Source: Octopus vulgaris (taxonomy: Eukaryota). From it: a stretch of 64,000 nucleotides of DNA. The DNA is taken from contig OX597829.1 in assembly GCA_951406725.2 (NCBI GenBank), positions 19,468,001 through 19,532,000 of the forward strand, in the 5' to 3' direction. The position numbers and the translations under genes were made by a program. The notes below the pieces were generated by a model, which worked only from the letters and a program-made list of their open reading frames with translations, was not told the DNA's origin and made no database searches. Positions 1-13,186 of this stretch are shown here, piece by piece (positions within the stretch are counted from its first letter, which is position 1; each line of letters starts with the position of its first letter).

Positions 1-529
1 TACCAACCTGGCTGAAACCGCCTCTGGCTCTGTAGTACAAATGTCTTGTTTTCATAAGTTTCGAATTAAAATCTTCCACCAAACCTTAGTCACAATTTAT
101 ATTCCTAACAATATTGTGATACCTGTGCTGGTGGCATGTAAAAAACACCATCAGAACATGGTCAATGCCAGCGCCACATTCACTGGCTTCTGTGCCGGTG
201 GCACGTAAAAAGCAATAACCGATCGTATCTGCTGCCAGCCTTGCCTGGCACGTAAAAAAAACCCACTACACTCCCGGAGTGGTTGGTGTTAGGAAGGGCA
301 TCCAGCTGTAGAAACATTGCCAGATCAGACTGGAGACTGGTGCAGCCTCCTGGCTTCCCAGACCCCGGTCGAACCGTCTAACCCGTGCTAGCACGGAAAA
401 CGGACATTAAATGATGATGAACACCAGCTTAATGGTAACTAAGTTATTTTATTAAATTCTTTGTAATATTTAAAGTTAATTGAAAGAAACACAGAGTATC
501 TCAAAATAAATACAGTAACAAAATGGTTA
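1..529. mobile_element. piggyBac-like (TTAA) MITE, family 2, interrupted by a family C SINE at ~111-420
   Basis: Ends ...aaatggTTAA; a reverse-complement copy at 26375-26582 starts TTAAccctttcattacc. Confidence 0.6.
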
Positions 530-864
530 AAGAGCTCACGCAAAATATCATTCCCTCAATTAGCACAAGTTGAATTGATCTGGAAATTTTAAAAAGTTTT
601 ACATCTTTTATGTTTATTTACATTGTTTTTGTTTAACTAGTTATGTCTATTAATGTCAACTATTCCGTGACAGTTGTACAGGAGGTATCTGTTTTTAATG
701 AAGCTGACTCAAGGAATTAATTTGCCTATATAATGTAGTAACAGTTGCAGGGTTTCAAATTACAACCTATTGTGCAAAACAAATATAATTAATGTTGTTG
801 CTACCTATAAAAACATAGTAATTCAATGACTATCAATGTGGGCCTCTACATCTTATGAATCTGA

Positions 865-1190
865 GTAGCCAATAGATGGCTCACAATCATAAGGTAGTAA
901 GTTCAATTTCCGGATCGGGCTGTGTTTTGTGTTCTTGAACAAGACACTTTATTTTACATTGCTACAGTTCATCCAGCTGTAGAAATGAGTTGTGACATCA
1001 CTGGTGCCAAGCTGTATTAACCTTTCCCTTTCCCTTGGATAGCATCAGTGGTGTGGAAAGGAGAGACTGGTATGCATGGGTGACTGCTGGTCTTCCATAA
1101 ACAACCTTGCCCAGACTTGTACCTCAGAGGGGAACTTTCTAGGTGCAACCCCAGAGTCATAGATGACTGAAGGAGGTCTTTACCCTTTAC
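865..1190 (+). mobile_element. tRNA-derived SINE family D (other copies 1225-1360, 17530-17870 minus, 42583-42905, 24565-24830 minus, 27635-27955, 41010-41250)
   Basis: A/B-box-like head (agtggttag...gagttcaattcc), shared body ttcttgagcaagacactttat; multiple similar copies in the window. Confidence 0.75.
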
Positions 1191-2236
1191 GCATACATAA
1201 ACACTTTTTTATGAATTATACATGTGTATAGCTCAGTGGTTAGAATATCAGGCTTACAGTCACAAGTTGGTGAATTCGATTCCCAGACTGGGCTGTGTAT
1301 TGTGTTCTTGAGCAAGACTCTTTATTCATGTTGCTCCATTTTAGTCAGCTGTAGAAATTGGTTGCTATATATGCCAATGGTTATCAATTTATTATGGGCT
1401 ACTTCATTTCTGAGTGCAAGTGTATGTCTAGAACTTGGAGCAAAGGAGTTTGTTCTCAGAGCAGCTGTCTTTTGTCACTGTTTACATCTTTGAGTGTATG
1501 TCAGTGAAGGTTGCAAGCTCACATATAATGACCCTTCATACAATTTCTATCTACTAAAATTTCACTCACGGATGTGAGTCAATCTAAAATGCTGTAGAAA
1601 ATGCTTTCACAACCTGGAGGATGGAAACTATGTGACAAGGAAGAAAGCTTCTGGATCATGCAGCCATGCCTGTGGCCTTCATCCTCATCACTATTATTTA
1701 ATGTCCATTTTCTATGCTGGCATGGGTTGTACGGTTTGACAGAAACTGACCAGCTGAAGGGCTGTTCAGGCTGTATATCTGTTTTGGCATGGTTTCTACA
1801 GTATGTACGTGTATATGTTTGTGTGTCTGTGTTTGCCCCCAACATGGCTTGACAAACCGATGCTGGTGGGTTTACGTTCCCGTAACTTAGTGGTTTGGCA
1901 AAAAGAAACTGATAGAATAAGTACTAGGCTTACAAAGAATAAGTCCTGGTGTCGATTTGCTCGACTAAAGGCAGTGCTCCAGCATGGCCACGGTCACATG
2001 ACTGAAACAACTAAAAGAGTAAAAGGGATATAAACTTCACTATTGTCATTTAATGAAATATTCCAATGAACCAAATGATATTATTGCACAGGTGTTAATT
2101 ATGATGCTGAATTATGTATGTGTGAAATATATATATATATGTATGTATGTGTGTGTGTATATAATTTTATATTTCTTATATATTTCTTATTTTTTAGGTC
2201 ACATTTTCTCTTCTTTTGACCTAAGCAAAACCGAAG

Positions 2237-2307
2237 ATGTCTAAGGTTGCATTTAGTACGAATGGGAAAGTAATTGGACCAAAAACAGAGAAAAAGGTGG
2301 AATTCAG
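2237..2307 (+). CDS. STXBP4: Coding exon 1 (MSKVAFSTNGKVIGPKTEKKVEFR); exon starts at 2198 after a ttttag acceptor
   Basis: Polypyrimidine+AG at 2196-2197, ATG at 2237, donor AG|gtgtgt at 2308. Phase 2 matches exon 2. The acceptor implies an upstream UTR exon. Confidence 0.7.
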
Positions 2308-2724
2308 GTGTGTTTTTTTTTTTATTATGATTTTATTCTTTTACTAATTTTAGTTTTATAACTATAAACATGCTTAACCACAAAATTACTGCACCACTTG
2401 ATTTTATTCTGTTAATCATTGGATGTGAGAGTTTGATATTAATCCTTAACTCTGTCTTGTTTTGTTTTCTGTTGATCTAGAAGCCTTTTCAGTAGATTAT
2501 TAAACTGTAGTTCAAAATTTATTTATATGCCACTTATGTAGTGTAGTTTGTGTGCATCTTGAAAGAAATCTGACCCTTTGAATCTTTGGCAGTTAGCATA
2601 CGAAGGTAGAAGTCACATACCAGCTAGCTAAGAATAAATGACTTCCAGAGAATTAGCATCACTCCTTGTTCTGTTATTATTAGTTCCCTGGATCTACTCT
2701 CTTTCAGTTCAGCTTGTGTGGCGT

Positions 2725-3065
2725 GAAACTATTGGATGAAAGGAGAGCTGAAGACTTGATGGGAATGCTGGAGTTGGAAGAGTCGGTGGAGCAACTGGCA
2801 AGGGTGATTAGTGTGGTGGTATGGACATGTGTTGAGGAGGGATGAGGATCATGTTCTGAGGAGAGTGCTTGAGTTTAAAGTGAATAAACCATGAAAGGGA
2901 GATCGACCACAGAAAATGTGAAGGGGGACAGATAGAGAAGGAGATTAGGAGGGTTGGCTTGAGGAGTGAGGATGCCCAAAACTTGGTGAGATGGTGTGGA
3001 AGCAGTTACTGAGTGAGGTAGATCCAGCCACCCCTGTTAACGGGGACAAACCTGGATTTCAAATA
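2725..3065 (+). mobile_element. RTE-clade LINE 3' fragment (degenerate); matching 3' end on the minus strand at ~62845-62905
   Basis: Translates YGHVLRRDEDHVLRRVLEFKV...KGDRPQK, a typical RTE ORF C-terminus; shared tail gtagatccagccacccctgttaacggggacaaac. Confidence 0.75.
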
Positions 3066-4254
3066 TTGGAATTCAGTACAAAAGAATACATGTGTATTAA
3101 TAGTTATGAGTGTATTTCTATGTGATCTTTCACATGCTGACACTGTAATAGAACTGCAGATATTATAACATATCTGGGCTTAATTACCTGCAGTCTTATG
3201 TTCTGCTGCATCAGTATCTAATTTATATTCAACATTTCTATAGTTAACAGAGGTTACATGTCTTATGGATCAATTCAATCAACAGCACTCTTTGAGAAAT
3301 TTGTGGTGAAAATGAAATAATTCTGTAGAATGAAATTCCATTACCTTCTTGAATTATCAGCTGAAGCAATGAATATGAAAATGAAATACCACTTCCCACT
3401 CAGGAATCAAAGCAATGTTGCAAAATTATGATCCACTGATTAGAAATGGATTTTGTTGCAACGCTTTAAGAAATGATCCTTAGTGTGATTTATTTCGGTG
3501 TAAATGTTGGTTTCAGATTTTGGCACAAGGCCAGCAATTTTAGGGAAGGAGATAAATTGATTACATCATTCCCAATGTTCAACTGGTACTTATTCTATTG
3601 ATCCTGATAGGATGAAAGACAAAGTTGACCTCAGCAGAATTTGAACTTGGGTGTGCTAATAATTGAGCCAGTTCACCACTCAATAATAATGGTTTCAAAT
3701 TTTGGCACAAGGCCAGCAATTTCGATTACATCATTCCCAGTGCTCAACTGGTAATTATTTTATCAGCCCTGAAAGGACAAAAGGTAAAGTCAATCTCGGC
3801 CGAATTTGAACTCTGAATATAAAGATGGACGAAATACTGCTAAGCATTTTGCCTGGCATGCCAACAATTCTACCAGTTTACCACCTTACTTCAATGTAAA
3901 CATTATTCTTTGACTGTTATTATGGAATCAGGAAGATTTGGGATTCAGTTTATGCTGTTAGGAGCATTACTTGAAAACAAGATGCACTTTCAGAAAAAAA
4001 TAGTTAATTTACCACCTGTTGTTATTATATTCTTATGGTCATTTCTCTAAGAGTTCCTTAGAGATTTTGGTGCCATCAGTATATATGGTGCTAAAACTAA
4101 CTGTAACACTTTCTAGATTGCTAATATTTCTTAATTCATTTAATTTAGAAATTGTAGCATTAACAATAATAATTTATTTCACCTTTAAAAGTGGTTTTAA
4201 AATAAGTTTTCCATCAACAATGATATTCTATATAACTTGAATTTTGCTAAAAGA

Positions 4255-4495
4255 TTGCATGTGTGTGTGTCTATGTTTTAGTTTGCTTATCCGCTTGAAA
4301 CATCACATAAAAGTGCATGAGGACCAATAAGTGGTTCATATTCTTGGAAGCAATCTTGTATGTAACATGTGCCAAAGAGTGTATGTTACTTGCTGACCTG
4401 AAAAGCCACACACTCATACTGCTCATATGAGACCAATTCTTAAGTGCTTCAGGTGATGGCTATGCTTTAGAATGAGGAAGCAGCCATCATTTATA
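4255..4495 (+). mobile_element. Degenerate LINE 3' end with C2H2-like zinc-finger remnants
   Basis: Fragments RLKHHIKVH and CNMCQRV..LLADLKSH with a frameshift and stop, followed by a (TA)n tail. Confidence 0.45.
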
Positions 4496-5636
4496 TATAC
4501 ATGTATGTGTATATAATATGTTTATATATGTGATAAAGTAATGAGATCCAAAAGGATCATGGTTTAAGCAGTTAGTTAACCTCAAGCATAGATATGGCTT
4601 GTATAGGTAACATAAAACAAATTATATTCTTTCAGGAAAGTTTATTAATCAGCATATGCCATACACCATGTATGGGGCACCATGTTAAATTAAATAGAAA
4701 TTCTGATAAGATGACTGCCATTATACAATTTCAATATATAGCAACAAAAGTTGTTAACTATGTGATTATAAATCAATGAGTATACAGAATGGAGTTGGTA
4801 AATATGCACTACATTTGTTTCAAAAGAAAACTAAATAGAAATTATGTAACTTTGAAGTTATAGATGTTCAGTTTCCTTTGTTGTTGGGTACTTTTATCTG
4901 TTTACAATTCCATTGTCAAAAAGAGACCAAGAAGAAATTATTACACTTACAACAGTGGAATGGTGGGTTGAAGCAAGGTTTGGTTAAGGGACTGATGAAA
5001 TTCATTATCAACAAGCAAATGGTAAAGAGAAAAGTGTCACAGAGTGGACTGAACATGGAACCACAGTTATGTTTGTATATTTTTGTGTGCACTTTTAGAA
5101 GACCTATTGCTGGGTTCAATGTTATATTTACTGATTATCACTCTTATACTTACCATGTCTAACTATATATCAGCATAATTCAGCTGTAGCTAATACTTTA
5201 ACAAACACGATTGAAAACTGAAAGACTATGTATGTTTGTTGATACTGTTCTTAATTGATGTTGCTGTTATACCACTTGTCTTTTGCCAACAGAAGCTTCT
5301 TTTTTGTTTTCAGAAATTAATTGTAAAATCTATTTCAGTCTGGTATTTATTTTATCTAATATGTATATTTCTGGATATATATATTGTTTGTGCTCAGCTG
5401 ACTTGTCAATAAATAAAATACAAAATTAAAATGTTTCTTGCTGTTTGCAGTTGGTATCTAATAGTAAAAGCTTTTAAGTATTATTGACTAAATTTAAATG
5501 TAATTCAAGTCTTAATTTGTACACTATATGCAAGCGACTTTGCATTAAATGATGTATAATCTTTACTTTTGTTATTCATCTGTGGCCATGTTGGGGCAGC
5601 ACTTTAAAAAAACAAAACATGAAATACTTTGCAGAA

Positions 5637-5681
<45 letters not shown>

Positions 5682-8311
5682 AGACAATGTTCAGGCATAG
5701 CTGTGTAGTAAGAAGCTTGCTTCCCAACCACATGGTTCCAGATTCAGTCCCACTGCATGGCGTGCTGGGCAAATGTCTTCTATTATAGCTTCGAGCAGAC
5801 CAAAGCCTTGTGAGTGGATTTGGTAGACAGAAATGCTTTGTGGTATTTCGTCTGCTGTTACGTTCTGAGTTTAAATTCTGCTGAGGTCGACTTTGCCTTT
5901 CATCCTTTCGGGGTCAGTAAATTAAGTACCAGTTGATGTAATTGACTTAATCCCTTTGTCTGTCCTTGTTTGTCCCCTCTATGTTTAGCCCTTTGTGGGA
6001 AATAAGAAACTGAAAGCAGTTCAACAAAAATGACCAATAGAATAAGTACCAGGCTTTAAAAATAACTGCAGGGGGTCAATTCATTGACTAAAAATTCTTT
6101 GAAGCAGTGCTCCAACATGGCCAGTCTAATGACTGAAAAACTTTTTAAATTAGAATACTAAAAAAGAAAAGAAAGAAAAAAAATCTCACCCACAGAAATT
6201 GAAACGTAACTAATTTTGAATTTCCTAGGTTCGTTATATTTTGTCTATAAAAATAAAATATTTTTCTACTTTGCACCACTTTTCAGCATTAAGTTGCTTT
6301 TTTCTTTTTCTTTTAAATATCCAGGCCAATGACTTGGAGCCATCAAGGCACCATGTCTTTATAAATATGTTTACAAATCCAGTACATAGTGTAAGAACTG
6401 AATTAATGTGTACCTGAAGGAGATTAAAAAATGATAAAACCTGAAACCTGACATAGATAAATAAGTTTTCTGATGGTTTCTTTTCTTTTTTTTTCTTCCT
6501 TTTTTTTTGTAACATAATATTCTTCAACATTATCTTCACTGTTATCATTACCATCATGGCTACTACTACTACTAAACCTGATGATGATTATCATTACCAT
6601 TAGTATCAACAGCACCAAAAATATTTTGCACTACTGTACTGTATTTTCCTTACTAACATCACTAACTACACAAGTTAAATAGGGAAATTTTTATGAAGTC
6701 ATTTGACCTACTCAATGTAAGATTCTCTCTCTCTCAAAAATTTCTCCAGCTTATTGAGGAATTAGATTAAATTATAAGATATTGTGCTTTCACTTCATCC
6801 AGAAGGCTGACTGGAAACTGGAATTTGTTCTGATCAAACATGCATGGCACTGCACTTTTGTTCAGTCTATAGCAAAAATAACCTCGTCTTCATCTTTGCA
6901 GTGATCCAGTTCTTAAAAATGGATTCAACTGCAGTACATCTGGGGAATAACGATAGATACTGTAACAAAGAATGGATTGTATTAGCCTAACAAAGGATGG
7001 ATGTATTGGCTTAATTTGCTAGAAATAGTAGCCAATCACATCCTGCTGTCTTTAAAATGAAGTTTTAAGATAGTTTAATGTAGCATACACATTGTATCTG
7101 AATAAAAGACAGGGTTGTCATAGCTGGAATTCCTCTGGTTGTAATCCTTCTTGATTAGCGCTGATCTAGAACTAAACAACAGCAACCAATAATCTTTTAT
7201 CCATAGAAACAGATTAGCAGTAATCTCCATTTAAGTTATCATGATTGGTGCAGGCGTGATTGTGTGGTTCAGAAACTTCCCAGTCATGTTGTATCTGGTT
7301 CAGTTGCACTGCCTAGCACCTTGGGTAAGTGTCTTCTGCTATAGTTCTAGGCCAACTAAAGGCTTATGAGTGGATTTAGTACATAGAAACTGAAAGAAGC
7401 CTGTCTTTGTGTGTGTGTAAGCATTTAGTTCATAATTGCTAGTCCAACAAAATCTATTTTGTTTCACCTACAGTTCTTCAGGAGCTAAGTGTTTACTCAC
7501 TTTCAGACATAGCTTCTTTGAACATATACACCCTGGAGTACACTCGGTAATGTAATTGCAAAGCAATAAAAAAAATTTTAGTATTAGTTGGTTGGATTCA
7601 CAGCCTCTAACTTTCTTGGAATTAAAATAATAATTGAATGAGGACTATCTATTACTACTACTTGTCTGTGTATAAACTATCTCTGCATTGTTTATGACAT
7701 AGCTTATGAGAGTGAGTACATTTGAGTATGGCGTAGCAGGCCCTCAAAATGAATACTGCTGGAAAAATGGAGTTGATAAAGATGGACTTATCACTGAAGG
7801 ACATACCTATCCCACCTAAATATAATGTCTAAAAGTTGATGAACCAACTATTGATCCCCTCTATTTTCTTATTGCTATATAAATTAATGGTAAAATATCT
7901 CTTTACCTTCACCCATTTAGTACACTCTGTAATGTAATTGCAATTCCATAAAAAACACTTGTGTATTAATAATTGGGTATTCTACCAGCAGTATATTGGA
8001 TAGATATTATCCCTTAGTGGGTTGGATTCACAACCTCTAACTTTCTTGGAAATAAATATAAAGATATATATCATCATCATCATTTAACATGTTTTCCATG
8101 CTGGCATGTGTTAGTTTGATAGGAGCTGACCAGCTGAAGGGCTGCTCAGGCTCCATGTCTGTTTTGACCTGGTTTATAATACAGCTGGATGTCCTTCCTA
8201 ATGCCAACTACATTACAAAGTGTAGTCTGTGCTTTTATACAGCACTGGCACAGGTCCTTTTTACAAGACAACATTACCTACAAGCCTGCAAGATTAGGGA
8301 TGCTCAGTTGG

Positions 8312-8511
8312 TTGTTGTTGCTAAGCAACAAGACGGGTAAGGGTGATTAGGTGATGGTCTAGGGCTTAGGGGCAGGACACCCCAGACCTTGGGGAAAAAA
8401 AACTTTGGTCTTGTTGTAGTCGAGGGCTCTTCATTGACACCCGACGCCACTGGGAGGTGGCCCTCAAAGTTGCTGGAAATTGAGATCTCCAGGTCCAAAT
8501 TCTTGGACGGC
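8312..8511 (-). mobile_element. 5'-truncated LINE 3' end with (CAA)n tail and 11-bp TSD, nested in a family C SINE
   Basis: tgctcagttgg duplicated at 8301-8311 and 8512-8522; GC-rich insert starts gttgttgttg. Confidence 0.7.
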
Positions 8512-9164
8512 TGCTCAGTTGGAGAAGGTTGCAGAGGATGAACCTGTATGCAAAGCAACTATGTTTTTACTTAGCTTGACATGTCTTTTCAAGCTCAGCA
8601 AACTGCCAGGAGTCTCGGTCCCTTGTCATCCCTTCTCTGAGTCCTGATGTTTGTTGATCTTTCCTCACCACTTCGTACCACATCTTCCTGGGTCTACTCC
8701 TTCCACATGTTCCCTTTTCAATTAGAGAGAGACCAGCACCTCTTCATAATGTACGTGTGTTTGTGTGTACCCTTGTTTTGACATCATCCAATGATTGTGA
8801 AACAAGCATCATATATGTCATGTTCATTCCCTTCCTTCCATGACAAACAGGTCTGGTAATGGTGGGTAGGTGGAATACTATGTTGCTTTGAAATATGAGA
8901 GCTGGCCACAGAAAGGGTACCTAGCTGTAGTAACAGTCGCCTGGACATTAAACAATGATGTTACTCATTAAAAACTCATTTCGGTTATCAAAAATGACCC
9001 CTACAGAGCGCAGCTGCATAGCAAAATGAGACGATATATAAAAACCCATTGTCTTCAAATGACAGTTTTGTGTTTGACTTTGTGATCTTTTGTTCATAAA
9101 TGCAAAATCCACCAACCTATTCAAATAAAGCTATTTCACATGTTGCATCTGTATGTGAAAATAT

Positions 9165-10250
9165 ATCTTCTACTTGTTTCAGTCATTAGACTGGAGCAAT
9201 GCTTTGAAGAAATTTTAGTTGAATTAATCAACTCCAGTTGTTGTTTTGTTTTTGTTTTTTTCTTGTAAAGCCTGGTATTCTGTCAGTCTTTTTTGCTGAA
9301 ATGCTAAGTTACAAGGATGCAAAAACACACCAGCACAGGTTGTCAAGTGGTAGTGATGGTGGGGTGGAAGGGGGAAAACAGACACAAAGACACACGTACA
9401 TAAATATGTGGCTGTGTAGTAAGAAGCTTGCTTCCCAACCACATGGTTCCAGGTTCAGTCCCACTGCGTGGCACCTTAGGCAAGTATCTTTTACTATAGC
9501 CTCAGGCCGACCAAAGCCTTGTGAGTGCATTTGGTAGACAGAAACTGAAAGAAGCCCGTCGTATATATATAATGTGAGTTTTTCTGTCTGTATTTGTCTC
9601 CCCACCCATCACTGTTTGACAACTGGTGTTGGTGTCTTTATGTCTCTGTAGCTTAATGGTTTGGCAAAAGAGACCAATAGAATAAGTACTAGGCTTAAAA
9701 ACCAAGCCCTGTACTTGATTGGTTCAATAAAATCCTTCAGGTGGTGCTCCAGCATGGCTAGTCAAAGTCCCACTGTCACACCTTGGGCAAGTGTCTTCTG
9801 TAGCCTCGGGCCAACCAAAGCCTTGTGAGTGGATTAGGTAGATGGAAACTGAAAGAAACCCATTGTGTATATATATATATATATATAATTTGTCCCCCCA
9901 GCATCGCTTGACAACTGATGCTAGTATGTTTACGTCCCCCTTACTTAGAGGTTCGGCAAAAGAGGCCGATAGAATAAGTACTAAGCTTACAAAGAATAAG
10001 TCCTGAGGTCGATTTGCTCGACTAAAGGCAGTGCTCCAGCATGGTTGCACTCAAATGACTGAAACAAGTAAAAGAATAAAAGAACATACATACATACTAG
10101 ATGAAGCTTCTTTCAGTTTCTGCCTACCTTATCCACTCACAAGGCTTTGGTCAGCCTGTGGCTACAGTGGAAGACACTTGCCCAAGGTGCCACACAGTAA
10201 CAATGAACCCAGAACCATGTGGTTGGGAAGCAAATTTCTTCCACATAGCC
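9165..10250. mobile_element. Cluster of five family A SINE pieces in alternating orientation
   Basis: Approximately minus 9165-9400, plus 9405-9760, minus 9765-9890 region, plus 9890-10080, minus 10100-10250; all match the family A consensus; piece boundaries are approximate. Confidence 0.75.
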
Positions 10251-11991
10251 ATGAAAAATAAAGACAAAAAAAAAAACACATCATAATGTCAAATCTACAC
10301 ATCACTGGTTCTCATCTACAAGTTTAGACTTAAACGCAGCTTGTTCCATATAATGTTACTCTCTCTAATACATATTCACACGCAGACACTCTCCACTCTA
10401 CACAAAGCTGTTTTTGTTTTTTCTACAACTAAATATTCAGACGCCACACAGATAAGTGGACAGATGATTTGGGCATCCAAGGTGTAAGATATATGTGGGC
10501 TACCTGCCAAAGTTTTGATGTGCTAGCTTTGCTCTCTTGGTCTGTTTGTGCAAAGGTGACAACCATTAATCAATAACAACAACAATAGCCATTATCACTA
10601 TCATTGTTATCACCACCATTACTATCCAGTTGTCCTAGTTGATAAATCAATCCAGTATATTGTCTTAGGGCTGGCATTTCAACAAACACTGTTTTTGTAT
10701 TCATTTGTGCCACGCACGTAGCAAATATTGTCTATAAACTGTTTTACCCAGTTATCATTTAACTGAAATTCACTCACACTCTCTCTCTTCTCTCTGTACT
10801 CTTTTATTCATTTACTTGTTACAGTCATTAAACTGCAGCCATGCTGGAGCACCATCTTGAAGGGTCTTAGTCAAACAAATTGTCCCCAGACTTATTTCTT
10901 AAGCCTAATACTTATTCTATCATCCCTTATGCTGAACCACTAAGTTACGGGGGTGTAAACACACCAACACCAGTTTCAAATAGTGTTTAAGGGAACAGAC
11001 CACAAAGATACACGCACACACACACACATATATATTGAGTTAGTGCATAATTATTGCGGCTTTTTTTTTTTTTTTTAACAAATTTTATTCAACAAAAGCA
11101 ACATGTAACAAAAACATCTTTAAATGATTATTCTGGAGCATATTCACCATCTACTTCAATTACTGCTTTCCATTTGCTTGGCAGATGGTTAGACCATCAT
11201 TTAAAGATGTTTTTGTTGAATAAAATCTGTCGAAAACAAGCTGAAATAATTATGCACCAACCCTATATATACACACACACACACACACATGACAGGCTTT
11301 TTTCAGCTTTTGTCTACCAAATCCACTCACAAGGTTTTGGTCAGCCTGAAGTTGCAGTAGAAGACACTTGCCGATAGTGCCAGACAGTGGGACTGAACCT
11401 AGAACTATGTCGTTGGGAAGCAAACTTCTTGCTATGCCTGCGCTTGTATACATACATATATATATGTATGTATGTATATATAATTTTTTGCGTAATGAGA
11501 TAAAAAATCAAGGCTGTATAGATATTAGGGCATTTATAGATAGGTCTTACAACTGTTTCTAGAATATTTATTATATCCCTTCATTGGAGACGCTGTGAGA
11601 GGAAAAATTAAGTCATATATATATGAAAATAATGTAATATAGCATGAAAGCAGCACACTGTGTAAAATGGGTAATGTTTAAATGAATATCCAGCTCTTAA
11701 AAGAAACCATGCCAAAAATGCAACAAGTGGTCCTTTGATGTGTCTGATAGGGATATATAACTCCTTGAATTTGGGTGGCAGCTTAACCAACTCATTCAAG
11801 CATGGAAAGAGGATATATAAAGATAATTACAAATGAAAATTGTTGTCAGTATCAAACATAAGAGAAATATATTAAGCCTTTCTATTTATAAAATGGAAGT
11901 TGAAGTGAACTCTTGTGTAATCTGGACTCACCAATTTGAAATCCCATTGTGATACTACTAAGGGTATGGAAACAGTATGAAAAAATAAATA

Positions 11992-12367
11992 AACAAGAGC
12001 ACTCAGAGAGCGCAAACCTCTGCCAAGGCAACACCAGCGTTCTCTCAATGATTAGCTGGAAATTATTTTTTAAATGAGAATGTCTGAAATAAACTGACTG
12101 CTCTCACTAATGAGAATACTAAAATTGAACCCTACCATTTTAAAAAATTAAGTAAAAAAAAAAAAAAACAGGAAAAATAATCCAGAATCCTTGTCCAGTA
12201 ACAGATTGATCCTAAAATCTAATCAGTTTGTGCTAGTCATGGGGCCAAACATCCCTGAAAGTTTTATCTGAATCCATCCTGTGGTTCTTGAGATATCTTG
12301 TCCATAGACAAACAAACAAACATGATTGGAAACAATACATCTGCCTTCACTAAGATCGAGGTCATAA
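11992..12367 (-). mobile_element. Helentron/DINE-1-like non-autonomous element (HINE)
   Basis: Subterminal repeats acctctgcc (12016) and acatctgcc...cgaggt (12337-12362), (CAAA)n microsatellite, terminal hairpin gcactc-aga-gagcgc next to aacaag. Confidence 0.6.
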
Positions 12368-13175
12368 AACTGCAAAAAAATATGAAGTAAAATATATATT
12401 TCACTAAAATAATGAAGTGCTTATGTACCAACTATTAGATAGAAAAACTATTTCTTTCAAATTACAGCTTTCTTAAAGTACAGTATACATTGGATAATGC
12501 AGCCACCTCAAAAAGAGTGGTTTATTTGTAGATTTCCTGAATCAGTTTTGACTTGGAGCTAAATGTTGTAAAACATTTAATCTTGTCTGCTTTCCTTTGA
12601 ATCATCTCAATGAAATTATTAAAAGATACTGCTAATGCTATCACTCCTCTCCTAGTCAAGGAGACTTTGCCTTGCAAGTTTACTTGGTGACCCTACAAGT
12701 GTCATGAAAAAAGGGCACCTTACGCTCTGTGAGGTGATTGGCGTTAGGAAGAGCATCCAGCTGCAGAAACCATGCCTAGACAGACAACAGAGCTTGGCAC
12801 AGTCTTCTGGTTTGCCAGCAAGAAAAACAGACATTAAATGATGATTGTAGTGATGATGGAATCAACAGAAATAATGAATAATCTGTCAAAATTTATATAA
12901 TACCTTCTGAACTAAGTCTACAATTCTAAACTTAAAGCAGAGTTGCAGAAGTGATCAGGACCATATCACTGTTCAGAAAATACCATAGACTAGTTTATAA
13001 ATTTCAAAAGTTGTATGTAAGCTGTTAATTTATTTAGCATTAATTGTGACTCATGAATGGAGACGGCATCAGAGTTTTAAACGGAATCTCTTTGGTTTTC
13101 TTATTTTCTAGTGAACTACAAACTACATGAGATTTCTTTTTACATTATGGTTACATATTATCTCTTTAGTGAGAA

Positions 13176-13186
13176 ATGGGCCAAAA
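13176..13186 (+). CDS. Candidate alternative first coding micro-exon (MGQK)
   Basis: ATG GGC CAA AA|gtaagt with a consensus donor in phase 2, which joins exon 2 in frame; in-frame TGA just upstream; unique sequence around it. Confidence 0.4.

Noticed and set aside
6325-6390. 66-nt AG...GT segment resembling a cassette exon in intron 1
   Set aside because: It is open in phase 0, but in the phase 2 required here it reaches TAA; no other support
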